DNA of 64,000 nt from Mustelus asterias (lineage: Eukaryota). Location: assembly GCF_964213995.1 (NCBI RefSeq), contig NC_135801.1, positions 110,794,001 to 110,858,000 on the forward strand. Direction: 5' to 3'. The notes below the pieces were generated by a model. It was given only the letters and a program-made list of their open reading frames with translations, had not been told where the DNA came from and did no database searches. Each line of letters starts with the position of its first letter. The first letter of the stretch is position 1. Shown here one piece after another: positions 51,850-64,000 of this stretch. The translations under genes and the position numbers were made by a program.

Positions 51850-53876
51850 TATTGGCGTAGATCGAAGATTGGCTGGCTAACAGACAACCAAGCATACATA
51901 AATGGATGTTTTTCAGGTTGACAAGATGCAATGAGTGGTGTGTCACAGGGATAAGTGCTGGGACCTCAAATGTTCACAATTTATTTTAATCACTTGAACA
52001 AACAGATTGAAGGGATGTTTGCCAAGTTTGCTGATGACACAGATCGGTAGAAACACAAGTTCTGAAGAGGACATAAGGAGGCTACAAAAAGATATGGCTA
52101 AGTGAGTGGACAAAGATTGACAAATGGGCCAGAATTTTACTGCCTCGCTCACCCTGGAATCAGGGCAAGTGAGGCTCACAGAATGGAATTCTTCATTGGC
52201 CTCAGGCGGGATTTTACAATCCTCATCCGAACGAGATCCCGCCTATGGAGTCTAATGTGGGAAATGTGAAGTTGTCCATTTTGGCTGGAAAATTAAAAAG
52301 CATATTATCTAAATGGTAAGAGATTGCAGTTCTGAGGTGCAGAGGGATCAGGGTGTCCTAGTGCATAAAATCACAAAAGGCTAGTATACAGGTACAGCAA
52401 ATAATTGGGAAAGCTCATAGAATATTATCCTTTATTGCAAGGAGAATGGAATACAAAAATATTCAGGTTATGTTTCAGTTGTATAGGGCACTAGTGAGGG
52501 CACATTTGGAGCACTTGTACAGTATTGGTCTCCTTTTTATGTGTAAATGCATTGGAAACAGTTCAGAGAAAGTTTACCAAACTAATACTTGGAATGGGTG
52601 TGTTCTACTTATGAGGAAAGATTGGACTCCAAAGGCTACACTTGCATCCGCTCAAGATTTAAAAAGAGGCAACTTGATTGAAACATAAAAGATCCTGGAC
52701 ATGGTGGATGTGGAGAGGATGCTTTTCCTTCTGGGAGAATCTAGAATTAAGGGGGTCATTGTTTAAAAATAAGTGGTCACCCATTTAAAATGGAGATGAG
52801 ATGAACTCTTTTCACAAAAGGTTGAGTGTCTTTGGAACTCTCTTCCTGAAAAGGTGTTGGGAGCAGGTTTTGAATATTTTAAAGGCGGAGATGGGTAGAG
52901 TTTTGATAAGCAGTTATCGGGGGTAGGTGGGATCAAGATTCGAGATAACTAGCACATCAGCAATTATGTCATTAAATGGCAGAGTAGGCTCGAGGGGCTG
53001 AATGGCCTACTCCTGCTTTGTTTGTATGCTCGTTCATATGTTTAAAAATACATATAGATATCCTCACGTCTATTTCTAAAATTTTAAAAACTATACAAAG
53101 ACATTTTCAAGGGTCCAAAATCTAACAGATGGAGTATAATGTGGGAAAATGTGAACTTCACTACTTTGACAGGAAGAATTAAAAAACAGAATATTATTTA
53201 AATAGAGAGAGCCTGTATAACTCTATGGTACAGCAGAATCTGGGAACCACAAGTTCATAAGCAGGTACAACAAGGCGGCAAATGTTTATTGCTAGGGGAA
53301 CCGAGTATAAAAGCAGGGAACTGTTCCTACAACTGTACAGGGCCTTAGTGATATTGGTCCTGGAGTACAGTTGTGGCCTCCTTACTTAAGAAAGAATGTA
53401 ACTGTATTAGAAGCAGTTCACAGAAGCTTCACTTCATGGATTCTTGAGATTATCTTATTAGGAATGGGTGAACAGGTTGGGCCAATACCCATTGTAATTT
53501 TGAAGAATGAGAGGTGCTCTTATTGAAACTCATGAAACCCTGAGGGGACTTGACAGGGTGGATGCTGAGTGGTTCTTCCCCCTGTGGGGGAGTCTAGAAC
53601 TAGGGAAACAGTTTAAACATCAGGGGTTCCCATTTATTACTGAGATAAGGAAAGATTATTTGTCTCAGAAGGTAGTTAGTCTGTGGAATTCTCTTCCCTA
53701 GACAGCAGTGGAGGCTGGATCACTGAATATATTCAAGGCTGAGTTTGATTTTTGATCGACAAGGGAATCAAGCAGGGGCAGACAAGAAAGTGGAATTCAG
53801 GGCGCAATCAGATCAGCCATTTTATTGAATGGTGAAACAGGCTCATGGGGCTAAATGACCTACTCCTGCTCATAAT

Positions 53877-54174
53877 TGGCACTCTGGCACAATGGTTAGC
53901 ACAGCTGTCTCACAGCTCCAGGGACCTGGGTTCGATTCCTGGCTTGGGTCAGTGTGTGGAATCTGCACATTCTCCTGTGTCTGCGTGGGTTTCCTCCAGA
54001 TGCTCCGGTTTCCTCCCACAGTCTGAAAGATATGCTGGTTAGGTGCATTGGCCATGCTAAATTCTCCCTCAGTGTACCGGAACGGGCACTGGAGTGTGGC
54101 GACTAGAGGATTTTCATGGTAACTTCATTGCAGTGTTAATGCAAGTCTACTTGTGATACTAATAAATAAACTTT
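53877..54174 (+). mobile_element. V-SINE (non-CR1 tail type)
   Basis: tggcacaatggttagc, gggttcgattcc, V domain, shared tail. Confidence 0.88.
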
Positions 54175-54954
54175 GTGTTCTCATGTCATGCACAGTAAAT
54201 TTCCTGAACAATTTTCAAAATAGTCAAAAGCCACACAATGAGGTACAATGGATAATTTTTCCATAAGAAAGCAGATCTCAGGACTCAAAAAAAAAACATG
54301 ACAATATTCTTCAAAAATTGTATAGATTAGTCTCCAATTGTGAATCACACAAAACAACTTGTCTTATTTGAGGTTATGTTTTATGGTAATACAGAAATCA
54401 AAAGTATTGAAGATATGATATTGTTCCCAATTATGGTACATGTGCTTCTTCCATTTAAAGAGGATGAGCTTGTATGGTAAAATCAGGAACATAACACACA
54501 GAATGCAGTTACAATATATCCTGTCAAAGTAACAGAAAAACAATGCACAATTAAAAAGTAAAACTATTATTGGAACAGTAACGTGAATAATTGCAGTACA
54601 ATTGATAAACGGTATTGTAGATATGTTAGAAATTAAAGGACTGTTAAAGACTCAATAAGGCCATTGAAAATTCTCTGAGATAGATACGAATATACTCCAA
54701 GGGTATGACAGAGACATTAATCATTACTCATGAAGACAATGATCAATAGTAAGCTGCACCATTAGCAAAAGAAAAACAGATTAGGACACCAACAGAGTAA
54801 AGAATCTTGAGCTTGTTCAGGCTTCCAGCCCTGATCACATTCCTCCAAGGGTACTCAAGACAGCATCCTATTTCGAAAGTGTTTTTGAATTTTCAAGTAG
54901 TGTTTGATAAGATGCTGCACAGAAGGCTACTTAATAAATAAAAGCCCATGGTGT

Positions 54955-56265
54955 GGATGTATGCGCATTTAGAAAGGAATAAACTCATTAACGATAGTCA
55001 GCATGGTTTTGTGAGAGGGAGGTCATGCCTCACTAACCTGGTGGAGTTTTTTGAAGAAGTGACCAAAATGGTTGACGAGGAAGGGCCGTGGATGTCGTCT
55101 ATATGGACTTTAGTAAAGCGTTTGACAAAGTCCCTCATGGTAGGCTGGTGAAAAAGGTTGGATCTCATGGGATAAAGGGGGAGGTGGCTAGATGGGTGGA
55201 GAACTGGCTTGGTCACAGAAGACAGAGGGTGGTAGTGGAAGGGTCTTTTTCCGGCTGGAGGCCTGTGACTAGTGGTGTTCCGCAGGGCTCTGTATTGGGA
55301 CCTCTGCTGTTTGTGATTTATATAAATGATCTGGAAGAAGGTGTAACTGGGGTGATCAGTAAGTTTGCGGACGACACAAAATTGGCAGGACTTGCAGATA
55401 GTGAGGAGCATTGTCAGAAGCTACAGAAGGATATAGATAGGCTGGAAATTTGGGCAAAGAAATGGCAGATGGAGTTCAATCCTGATAAATGCAAAGTGAT
55501 GCATTTTGGTAGAAATAATGTAGGAGGAGCTGTATGATAAATGGCAGAACCATAAAGGGTGTAGATACGCAGAGGGACCTGGGTGTGCAAGTCCACAGAT
55601 CCTTGAAAGTGACGTCACAGGTGGAGAAGGTGGTGAAGAAGGCATATGGCATGCTTGCCTTTATAGGACGGGGCATAGAATATAAAAGTTGGGGTCTGAT
55701 GTTGCAGATGTATAGAACGTTGGTTCGACCGCATCTGGAATACTGCGTCCAGTTCTGGTCGCCACACTACCAGAAGGACGTGGAGGCTTTGGAGAGAGTA
55801 CAGAGGAGGTTTACCAGGATGTTACCTGGTACGGAGGGGCTTAGTTATGAGGTGAGATTTGGTAAACTGGGGTTGTTCTCCCTGGAAAGACGGAGGATGA
55901 GGGGAGACTTAATAGAGGTGTATAAAATTATGAAAGGCATAGATAGGGTGAACGGTGGGAAGCTTTTCCCCAGGTCGGTGGTGACGTTCACGAGGAGTCA
56001 TAGGTTCAAGGTGAAGGGGGGGAGGTTTAACACAGATATCAGACGGACATATTTTACACAGAGGGTGGTGGGGGCCTGGAATGCGCTGCCAGGCAAGGTG
56101 GTGGAGGCGGACACACTGGGAACGTTTAAGACTTATCTAGACAGCCATATGAACGGAGTGGGAATGGAGGGATACAAAAGAATGGTCTAGTTTAGACCAG
56201 GGAGCGGCACGGGCTTGGAGGGCCGAAGGGCCTGTTCCTGTGCTGTATTGTTCTTTGTTCTTTGT
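54955..56265 (+). mobile_element. Young 5'-truncated CR1 LINE nested in an older CR1
   Basis: ORFs 54948..55151, 55088..55537 and 55534..56190 carry RT motifs; (TTCTTTG)n tail. Host CR1 at 54900-54955 resumes at 56266. Confidence 0.95.
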
Positions 56266-56404
56266 ATATTAGCATAGATAGAAGATTGGCTAAGTGATAG
56301 ATAGAGTTGGGATAAGAGATGTATTTTCAGGATGGCAACCTGTAATTAGTGGAGTGCCACAGGGATCAGTGCTGGGACCACAATTACAATATATATTAAA
56401 TGAC

Positions 56405-56705
56405 ATAAAATCTTACAGTGCAGAAGGCGACCATTCGGCTCATCGAGTCTGCACCAACCACAATCCCACAGAGGCCCTATCCCCATAACCCCATGCATTT
56501 ACCCTAGCTAGTCCTCCTGACACTTAGGGGCAATTTAGCATGGCCAATCCACCTAACCAGCACATCTTTGGACTGTGGGAGGAAACCGGAGCACCCGGAG
56601 GAAACCCACGCAGACACAAGGAGAATGTGCAAACTCTACACAGACAGTGACTCAAGCTGGGAATCGAACCTGCGTCCCTGGCACTGTGACGCAGCAGTGC
56701 TGCCC
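56405..56705 (-). mobile_element. Near full-length HE1-type V-SINE (CR1-derived tail)
   Basis: Minus strand has B box ggttcgattccc, V domain, and tail gactcgatgagccgaatggtcgccttctgcactgtaagattttatg. Confidence 0.88.
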
Positions 56706-57011
56706 AACTTGGACGAGGGAACCGAATGTACTATTGCCAAATTTGCAGATGACACAAAAATAGGTGGGATACAGACAGGTTAGGTGAGTGGCCAAAAATT
56801 TGGCAGATGCAATGTGTCAGAAAATGTGAAGTTATGCACTTTGGTAGGAAGAATAAAAGAACTGAATATTACTTAAATGGAGAAAGATTGCAGAAAATTG
56901 CAGCACAGAGTGATTTGGGGGTCCTCGTACACAGTTCACAGAAAACTAGCATGCAAATTCAGGAGGAAATTGGGAAGGCAAATAGAATGTTGTCCTTTAT
57001 TTCAAAAGAAA

Positions 57012-57712
57012 TGGGCAGAGCGAATTGGTAAAATCGTGCAAGAACCAAGAAACCAGGATCATCCCGATTTCTTGGCTCTTGCGATTTTACACGGGCTGAA
57101 GTTGGGCGAGAGGTTGAATAATTTATTCAAATTTATTTAAATGCTGATTTACAGGTGTGTAGGGAGCCTGGCGCTGAATCGTCCTGGCTCATTTGCCTTT
57201 ATAGCCTCGCCGGGAGAGGTTCTGCCAGCTTGCACCTGGGCAATGTCCACTGGGCACCTTCGCACTGCCTGGTGGGCCCGCTGCCAATCTGCAATGCTAT
57301 TTGATTGGATGGGGTAGGAGGCACGATCTAGGGCCAAGGCTGCATCTCGGGTAGTGTGGGCTTGCGATTGGCCACGGCCCCCACAACTGTGGGGAGGGGG
57401 GGGGGGCAGGGGTGGCGAGAGTTTGTAAGGCAGCAGCAGGGGCCTGACAGCTCTCCCTCTGTCAGACCCCTGCTGTTGAAATTGTGCATGTGCGGCATCA
57501 GAGGTCTGCACATGCACAATGTCTCCCTCTGCAGGCTGGCTGGCGAATTAAGCCCAGCCCACTGCCTGTGGCAGCTAGAAATGGCCTAGCCCATATTGGC
57601 AATGAATTGGTGCATAAGATTGGGCGTGAAAACTCACCCGAAAATGGATGAGGAACTCTCCCATTTTCATGCTGGCGAGACACTTAGAATCAATCTTGTA
57701 AAATTCCACCCA
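57012..57712. mobile_element. Non-autonomous DNA-transposon-like insert (Harbinger-like MITE)
   Basis: Interrupts a CR1. GC-rich, subterminal hairpin gtaaaatcg..caagaaccaagaaa / tttcttggctcttgcgattttac, ends gtaaaattccaccca. Confidence 0.5.
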
Positions 57713-59388
57713 ACATGACAGTGAACAATTTTGGACCCATTATCTAAGCAAAGATACTAGCATTGGAAGCAGTCCAGAAAAGGTTTACTAGATTGATCCC
57801 GGGTATGGAGGGATTTTCTTACGAGGAGAGATTGAGTAGGTTGGGCCAGTATTCATTGGAGTTTAAAAGAATGAGAGATGATCTTATTGAGATGTATGGG
57901 ATTCTCAGGGGGTTTGACAGGATAGATGCTGAGAGGATGTTCTTCTTGTTGGAGAGTCTAGGGCCAGAGGGCATAATTTCAGAGCAAGAGGTTGCCCATT
58001 TAATACAGAGATGAGGAAGAATTTCTTCTCTCAGAGATTAATCTCTGGCATTCTTTACTGCAGAGATCTGTGGTGGCTGGGTCCTGAAGTAATTTCAAGG
58101 CTGAGATGGACAGATTTTTAAAATCAGTAAGGCAATCAAGGATTATGGGGATAAGGCAGGAAAGTGGAACTGAGGATATCGGATTAGCCATTATCTCGTT
58201 GAATGTTGGAGTAGACTTGATGGGCCGAGTGGCCTACTTCAGCTATCACATCTTTTGGAAAGCTCCTTGTTTGTACTTTGGTTTTCAGTGAGCTGCACAT
58301 TCTGTTGGATTAGAAAAATCTTAATGTAAATCTAAACTTTAAAAAGGACAACCAGGTAGAACCAGGGGACTATTACCTTTAACTCTATCAGAGCCAAGAT
58401 AGTTAAAGAAATAATGAAATGCTACCTATGGTCACCTAAACAGAGATGGAGTCATTAGGAACACTCAATATGACTTCAGCAAAGGAATATTTTATTAAAG
58501 GAAGTAACTAAGCCTAATTGATGAGGATTGCACAGTCTACATTGTCTATCTGGACTTTCAGAAAGCTTTTGATAAGATGAGAAGGCAAGAGTACCAAAAA
58601 GATTCAAGCATATGGTTCCAGGGATGAGGAACTTAAGTTGCGCAGACAGATTGGACAGGTTGAAACAGTTTCCCTTGATGAAGGGAAGGTTGAAAGATAT
58701 CGGATAGAGGTATTCAAAATCAAGACGGGCTTGGACAGAGTAGATGGGGAAAAAGTTCCCATTGGTTGAAGGAACAACAAGAAGAGGGAACAGATTTAAT
58801 ATAATTGGCAAAATTGGAGAAATTAGGTAAACATTTTTATGCAGAATGTGATTGGGATCTGGAATGCACAACCTGAGAGTGTGGTGGAGACAGGTTCAAC
58901 TGAGACATTTAAGAGGGAATTGTATAGTTATTGGAAAAATAATGTGCAGGACTATCGGAGGCCAGGGAGTGGCACCAAGTAAATTGCTCCTTCAGAAAGC
59001 CAATGCAGACGCAACAGGCTGAATGGCCTTCTGTGCTGTAACCATTTTGTTATTCATTGACATTCGATTGAGTTCTTTGAAGCAATAGCGAGAGTTCATA
59101 AGTAGGGCTGCTGTTTTGTATATGGCATTTTATAAAGTACCATGTAATAGTACTTTTTGTTCGTTCAATTGTTAGCAAAATTGAAGTCCATAAGATTAAA
59201 AGGAGTAGTGGCAGTTTAGATACAAAAATAGCAAAAGAATAAAAAGAAAAGCATTGTGGTGAACCATTGTGTACTTCCCTCGTGTGAAAAGCAATGTTGT
59301 TCTACAGAGGTCAGTATTAGGACCACTATACTTTTTTGATACATGACTAATGACCAGGAATTGGATAGAAGGGTTTGCAGAGACACAA

Positions 59389-59590
59389 TGGATGGAGTTT
59401 TCAACCAGTGGGATCTTCCAATCCCACCAACAACGAATCCCCGCTGCAGGTTTCCCGGCGGTGGTGGGTATACAACCAGGAAATCCCATTGACAGCGACA
59501 GGACCAGAAGGTCCCACCACCAGCCAATGGCAGACTGCCTCTGCCACCACAAAACACACCATGGGGGGGGGGGGTGCAGAAAATCTCGCT
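59389..59590. mobile_element. MITE-like insert with possible 3-bp TSD (CAA)
   Basis: Interrupts CR1 FAD-T coding sequence (gcagagacaCAA ... CAAcatttgg); decayed terminal inverted repeats. Confidence 0.5.
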
Positions 59591-60044
59591 CAACATTTGG
59601 AAATATGGAAAATTGGAAGCGGGATGGTAAAGGATTTCCTAAGGCTGACAATTGAAATGGGCAAAATTTGGCACAAAAAAGATAAGTTAGAGGACCATAA
59701 AATGATACACGTCATAGGAAGAATGAAGCAAGGTAACATAAAATATAAATGGCACAATTTAAATGGGGTGCAGGAACAGAGAAACCAGGAGATTCACATA
59801 GGTCAAGTGTAGAAGGCAGGACTAGTTGACAAGATTGTTAAAAATCACATGATCCTTTTGTTAAACTTTTATTGCACATTGGTTCAATCTTTGCTGGAGT
59901 AGTGTGTTTAATTCTGATCACCACACTTTAGGAAGGATGTCAATGTATTAGAGAGGATGCAGCAGAAGTTTAGTAAAATGATACCAAGGCTGAGGGGCTT
60001 CAGTTATCTGCAGAGACTTGAGAAACTGGATTTAAAAGAGCTTT

Positions 60045-61625
60045 TCAAAATGAGTGCAGGAGATTATGCCAGGAGCAACAAAACAGCATACCTAAAAATG
60101 AGACACCACCCGGTTTAGCTACAACACAGGACTGAATGCATGCTGGACGGCAGGAACAAATTACTCCAACAGAGTAAAGCAACATCACAACCAGCAGACC
60201 GAAACCAATCACCGTGGTCCTGTCATATCCAGTCCTGAATGGCGATGGGCAAGTGAACAACAAACTACAGGTCGAAGCTCCACAAACCCCCTCAACCTTA
60301 ACGATGGTAGTGCCCAGCACTTCAGTGTAAAAGACAAGGCTGAAGCATTTGCAATCAGATTCAGCCGGAAGTATCAAATAGCTGATCCATCTCAGCCTCC
60401 TCCTGAGGTCTCCAACGTCACAGTTAACAGTATTCAGCCAAATCAATTCATTCCATGTAAACAGCTGAAGCCACTGGATATTGCAAAGGCTATGGGCCCT
60501 AACAACGTCCTGCCTGTAGTACTGAAGATTTGTGTTCCAGAACTAGTTGCTCCCCTAGCCAAGCTGTCCTAGCACAACTAGAACACTTGTTAGGATCCTG
60601 GATCAGACCCCTAGGTTCTTGATATGATTTGGTTAGGGACCAGTAACTTTTTGTTTAAAGTAGACAAAGTTTGAGTTTCAAGACACATGCTAAGGGAATA
60701 AAGTCACTGAACACTGAGCTGACACAGGCCCTGGATTTCTCTGAACTCCAGTCTCCCAACTATATCCGGCTCTTAGGGCTTCTACTCAGCCCCAACCCCT
60801 TTCAGCACAGTGCCAGTCATCTTTTCAGCTCTTTCACACTTTGTAGATCTCAACTACCTGGAGTCTTTACCAGCAGCACCTTTTCTGCCTGGAGACGACT
60901 TCTTCTGTTTTCCTTCCTCCTTAACTGGAACCTATCCTTGTCCCCTAGCCTTTTGGAACATCTCTCTGCCCCTTTCTTGGGACACTTCTCTGAAATGGCG
61001 CTCTGCCCCCAGGTCACATGCTCAGAGTTTTTGTGCCTTTTTCTGTGCAGGTGCACTGAGCCGGTCCTCAGCTCGAAGAATGACAAAAACGCCAGGTTGC
61101 ACATGGGCCGCCAGTGCCCAGTTCATGCATACATTGAAATTCCTGAGGCAGGCTGGGAGTTGTAGTTTCCAGACCCTGCTCCACGTAAAAGGAAAATATG
61201 GATCTCGCAACACACTGTTCTGTCCATAAAAGCAGGACCAATTATCGTCCTGACGGTCTACTCTTAATCATCAACAAGGTGATGGAAGGTATCATTGACT
61301 GTGCCGTGAAGTTGCACTTACTCAGCAATAATCTGCTCATTGACATGGGTGACAGAGTTGAATTCCAGGTGTAATGAGAGTGACTGACCTTGACATCAAG
61401 AAAGCATTTGACCAAGAGTGGTGTAAGGAGCTTTAGTAAAATTGAAGTCAATGGAAGATGGGGAAAAGCTCTCCACGGTTGAAGTCATATCCAGCAATAA
61501 GGAAGGTGGCTCTGGTTGTTGGAGAGCAATCATCACCATTCCAGGACATCACTGTAGGTGTTCCTAAGGCTAATGTCCAGACCCAGCCATCTTCAGCTGC
61601 TTCATTGATGACTTTCCCTCCAATA
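60045..61625 (+). mobile_element. Decayed CR1-group/L2-group LINE interrupted by a solo LTR
   Basis: Remnants of KAMGP.N.P, PEL..PLAKL, LDIKKAFD and GVP motifs. Confidence 0.65.
60588..61212. mobile_element. Solo LTR (625 bp) with 4-bp TSD
   Basis: TGTTAGGATC...GATCTCGCAACA termini; CACT duplicated at 60584-60587 and 61213-61216. Confidence 0.8.
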
Positions 61626-61956
61626 TAAGCACCCAAATTTTTTTTCCTGAGTCAGGTACCAGCAGTTGGGAAATTTCCCAGCTTTCCACACTTCCCTTGG
61701 AAAAAAGTGCAACAAATGGTGACATATTCTTTCCGAGAAGTGGGTGCAAATTTTGGGATAGAGTCAGACCAGCCTTCCAGAATACAGAGCGAAGGTGGTC
61801 ACAAACATGGTCAAATGCTGAGACGGGCTGTTTAAGAGACTTGCCTAGGTTCCATGTGTTCCTGTTGTTTTCTTAAACATTAGGATCTCTACTCCTAACC
61901 CCTCACACTCCCTTCGGTCCACCCACTCCCCATGTCTATGCATGCCAACTTTACAA

Positions 61957-63445
61957 GCTTACAAGCAAAAACTGAAGCGGGAGAATCCATCAAAGAGAGT
62001 CGTGCAATGTTCGTCTGAGGAATTGGATGATCTCCAACGGGGCTGCTTGGAGTAAGTGGACAGGTCAGTATTTAAAAACTGTGTGACCAGCCCGAATGAG
62101 TATGCCATTACAGTAACTGACTTCGTTAGTAAGTGTGTAAAGACTGTGTGCCAAAGAAACAAATTCTTGTGTTTCCCAACCAGAAACCATGGATGAACAG
62201 GGATATCCACTGCTTGCTGAAGTCCAGGTCTGAGGCGTTCAAGTCAAGTGACACAGACTTATACAAGAAAGCCAGATACGATCTAAGGAGATCCATCAAA
62301 TATGCCAAAAGACAATACCGGACCAAGCTAGAATCCCAGGCTAGCCACACTGACCCCCGACGACTATGGCAAGGTCTGCAAGACATAACAGGCTACAAGA
62401 TGAAGGCATTGTAAAATCGCCGGCTCCAACTCACCCCTGCCTGATGAGCTCAATGTATTCTACGTCTATTTTGAGTGAGAGGTCAGCGAAAGCATGCCAG
62501 GAAGCCCTGGATGAACCTGTATAGGGGGTCACCATTGTAGATGTCAGAGCAGCTTTCTTGAAGGTCAACCCACGGAAAGTGACTGGCCCGGATGGGGTAT
62601 CCGGACGAGTACTCAGATCCTGCGTGGATAAGCTGGTGGGGGTATTCACAGACATCTTCAACCTCTGTTTGCAACAATCTGAAGTCCCTATCTGCTTCAA
62701 GAAGATGACTATCATCCTGATACCAAACAAAATCAAGCAGCGTGCTTTAATGACTATCGGCTGGTGGCTCTGACATCCAACATTATGAAGTGCTTCGAAA
62801 GACTAGTCATGGCACAAATCAATTCCAGCCTCCCAGACTACCTGGATCCACTACAGTTTGCCTACCGCCGCAACAGGTCCACAGCAGACACCATCTCCCT
62901 GGCCCTGCACTTAACCCTGGAACACCTTGATAACAAAGACACCTATGTCAGACTCCTATTTATTCACTACAGCTCAGCTTTCAACACTATTATTCCCACG
63001 AAACTCATCTCCAAACTCCGTGGCCTGGGCCTTGGCACCTCCCTCTGCGACTGGATCCTGAACTTCCTAACTCACAGACCACAATCAGTAAGGATAGGCA
63101 ACAACACCTCCTCCACGATCATCCTCAACACTGGTGCCCCACAAGGCTGTGTTCTCAGACCCCTACTATACTCCTTATGCACCTATGACTGTGTGGCCAA
63201 ATTCCCCTCCAATTCGATTTTCAAGTTTGCTGACGACTCCACCGTAGTGGGTCGGATCTCAAACAAACACGAGACAGAGTACAGGAATGAGATACAGAAT
63301 CTGGTGAACTGGATGCGGCAACAATAATCTCTCCCTCAATGTCAACAAAAAGGATATTGTCATCGACTTCAGGAAGCGTAAAGGAGAACATGCCCCTGTC
63401 TACATCAATGGGGACGAAGTAGAAAGAGAGCTTCAACTTTTTAGG
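61957..63445 (+). mobile_element. Rex1/Babar-like LINE (RT), cut by a Gypsy insertion
   Basis: [71 protein letters not shown]. Confidence 0.93.
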
Positions 63446-64000
63446 TGTTGATGCGCGATTAAATCACTCGGGAGGCTGGATCGTACCCGGGAAATAAAGG
63501 CTTTTATTAGTAACAAGAATGGAGCATACTGCATAACAATACAATCCCAGACTAAAGGGTCACCAGGCAGTGCAGTGACCTTTATACTCCTACAAGTAGG
63601 CGGAGCCAACCGGAGTGTACCACAGAACAATACCAGCAGGTAGAACACCCCAACCCTAACCCCAACAGTGACAACAGTAACATATGTACAAGTACCCACA
63701 GTGCTAACCATCTATGGTTCAGTACCCATAGTGGTAACCATCTATGGTTCACATTCACCCCTCCTTTAAAACAAAGGCCGGTGGGGCAAAAAGAACAGTA
63801 CGAACTGTCCATATATTCACAAGTTCAGTTGTATAGGAGGGCCGCACCGTCTCTGCGACCTCCTCAACACTGGCGGTAGCGCCGGTTCTGGTGACCGTGA
63901 TGACCCTCTCTCCAAGGCGGTGTCCAGTGACTCCTCCAGTTCCTCACGGACGGGTGGACCACGAGGTGGCGACAAGCTCCTGGACTCAGGAACGCCCCGA
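63446..64000 (-). mobile_element. 3' end of a young Gypsy LTR retrotransposon: 3' LTR (63446-63753), PPT, pol C-terminus
   Basis: TGT...ACA termini. Minus-strand PPT aaaggagggg next to the LTR. Pol-like end PVLRRSQRRCGPPIQLNL*. CpG-rich. Confidence 0.85.
63691..63750. repeat. 2 x 30-bp tandem repeat in LTR U3
   Basis: agtacccacagtgctaaccatctatggttc / agtacccatagtggtaaccatctatggttc. Confidence 0.9.

Larger units (their letters stand above)
47380..53870 (+). mobile_element. Cluster of old plus-strand CR1 fragments hosting younger insertions
   Basis: MADEMNKYFAPVFTK, VPLNWKVANII.LF.K...GKYRPVSL; RT and 3' remnants at 48885-49690, 50400-50470, 51850-53020, 53120-53870. Confidence 0.75.
56266..60030 (+). 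mobile_element. Older CR1 fragments with SINE and MITE insertions
   Basis: [43 protein letters not shown]. Further decayed copies at 58480-59050 and 59050-60030. Confidence 0.75.

Noticed and set aside
60671-61229. 164-aa and 139-aa ORFs as host genes
   Set aside because: They lie inside a solo LTR, have non-ATG starts and no recognisable domain.
1-64000. Prokaryotic-type novel system (retron, DGR, CRISPR, RT-linked defence operon)
   Set aside because: All RT motifs belong to eukaryotic CR1, Rex1, Penelope or Gypsy families. There is no operon structure or repeat-spacer array, and a spliceosomal exon is present.

Overview
This is a repeat-dense eukaryotic window, almost certainly from a cartilaginous fish (shark). 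The evidence is HE1-type V-SINEs, SacSINE1-like DeuSINE remnants, and abundant CR1, Rex1/Babar and Penelope elements. Only one host coding exon is supported: a 68-bp minus-strand exon at 35172-35239 (AG/GT, (E)[22 protein letters not shown]) from a GABA-A receptor alpha subunit, most like GABRA3, with GABRA2 not excluded. The neighbouring exons were not found, so the window appears to be two very large introns filled with nested transposon copies. Nearly all ORFs in the track are LINE, Penelope or Gypsy fragments, their antisense shadows, or chance ORFs. I see no new multi-gene system. The most interesting signals are RNA-level: minimal hammerhead ribozyme motifs in Penelope termini (one with a compensatory U3-A8 core, sense to the host pre-mRNA), palindromic Penelope insertions with 12-bp TSDs, V-SINEs with two different LINE-type tails, a clean solo LTR, and a young Gypsy LTR. 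Family names come from recalled motifs, not database searches. Boundaries of decayed repeats are approximate.
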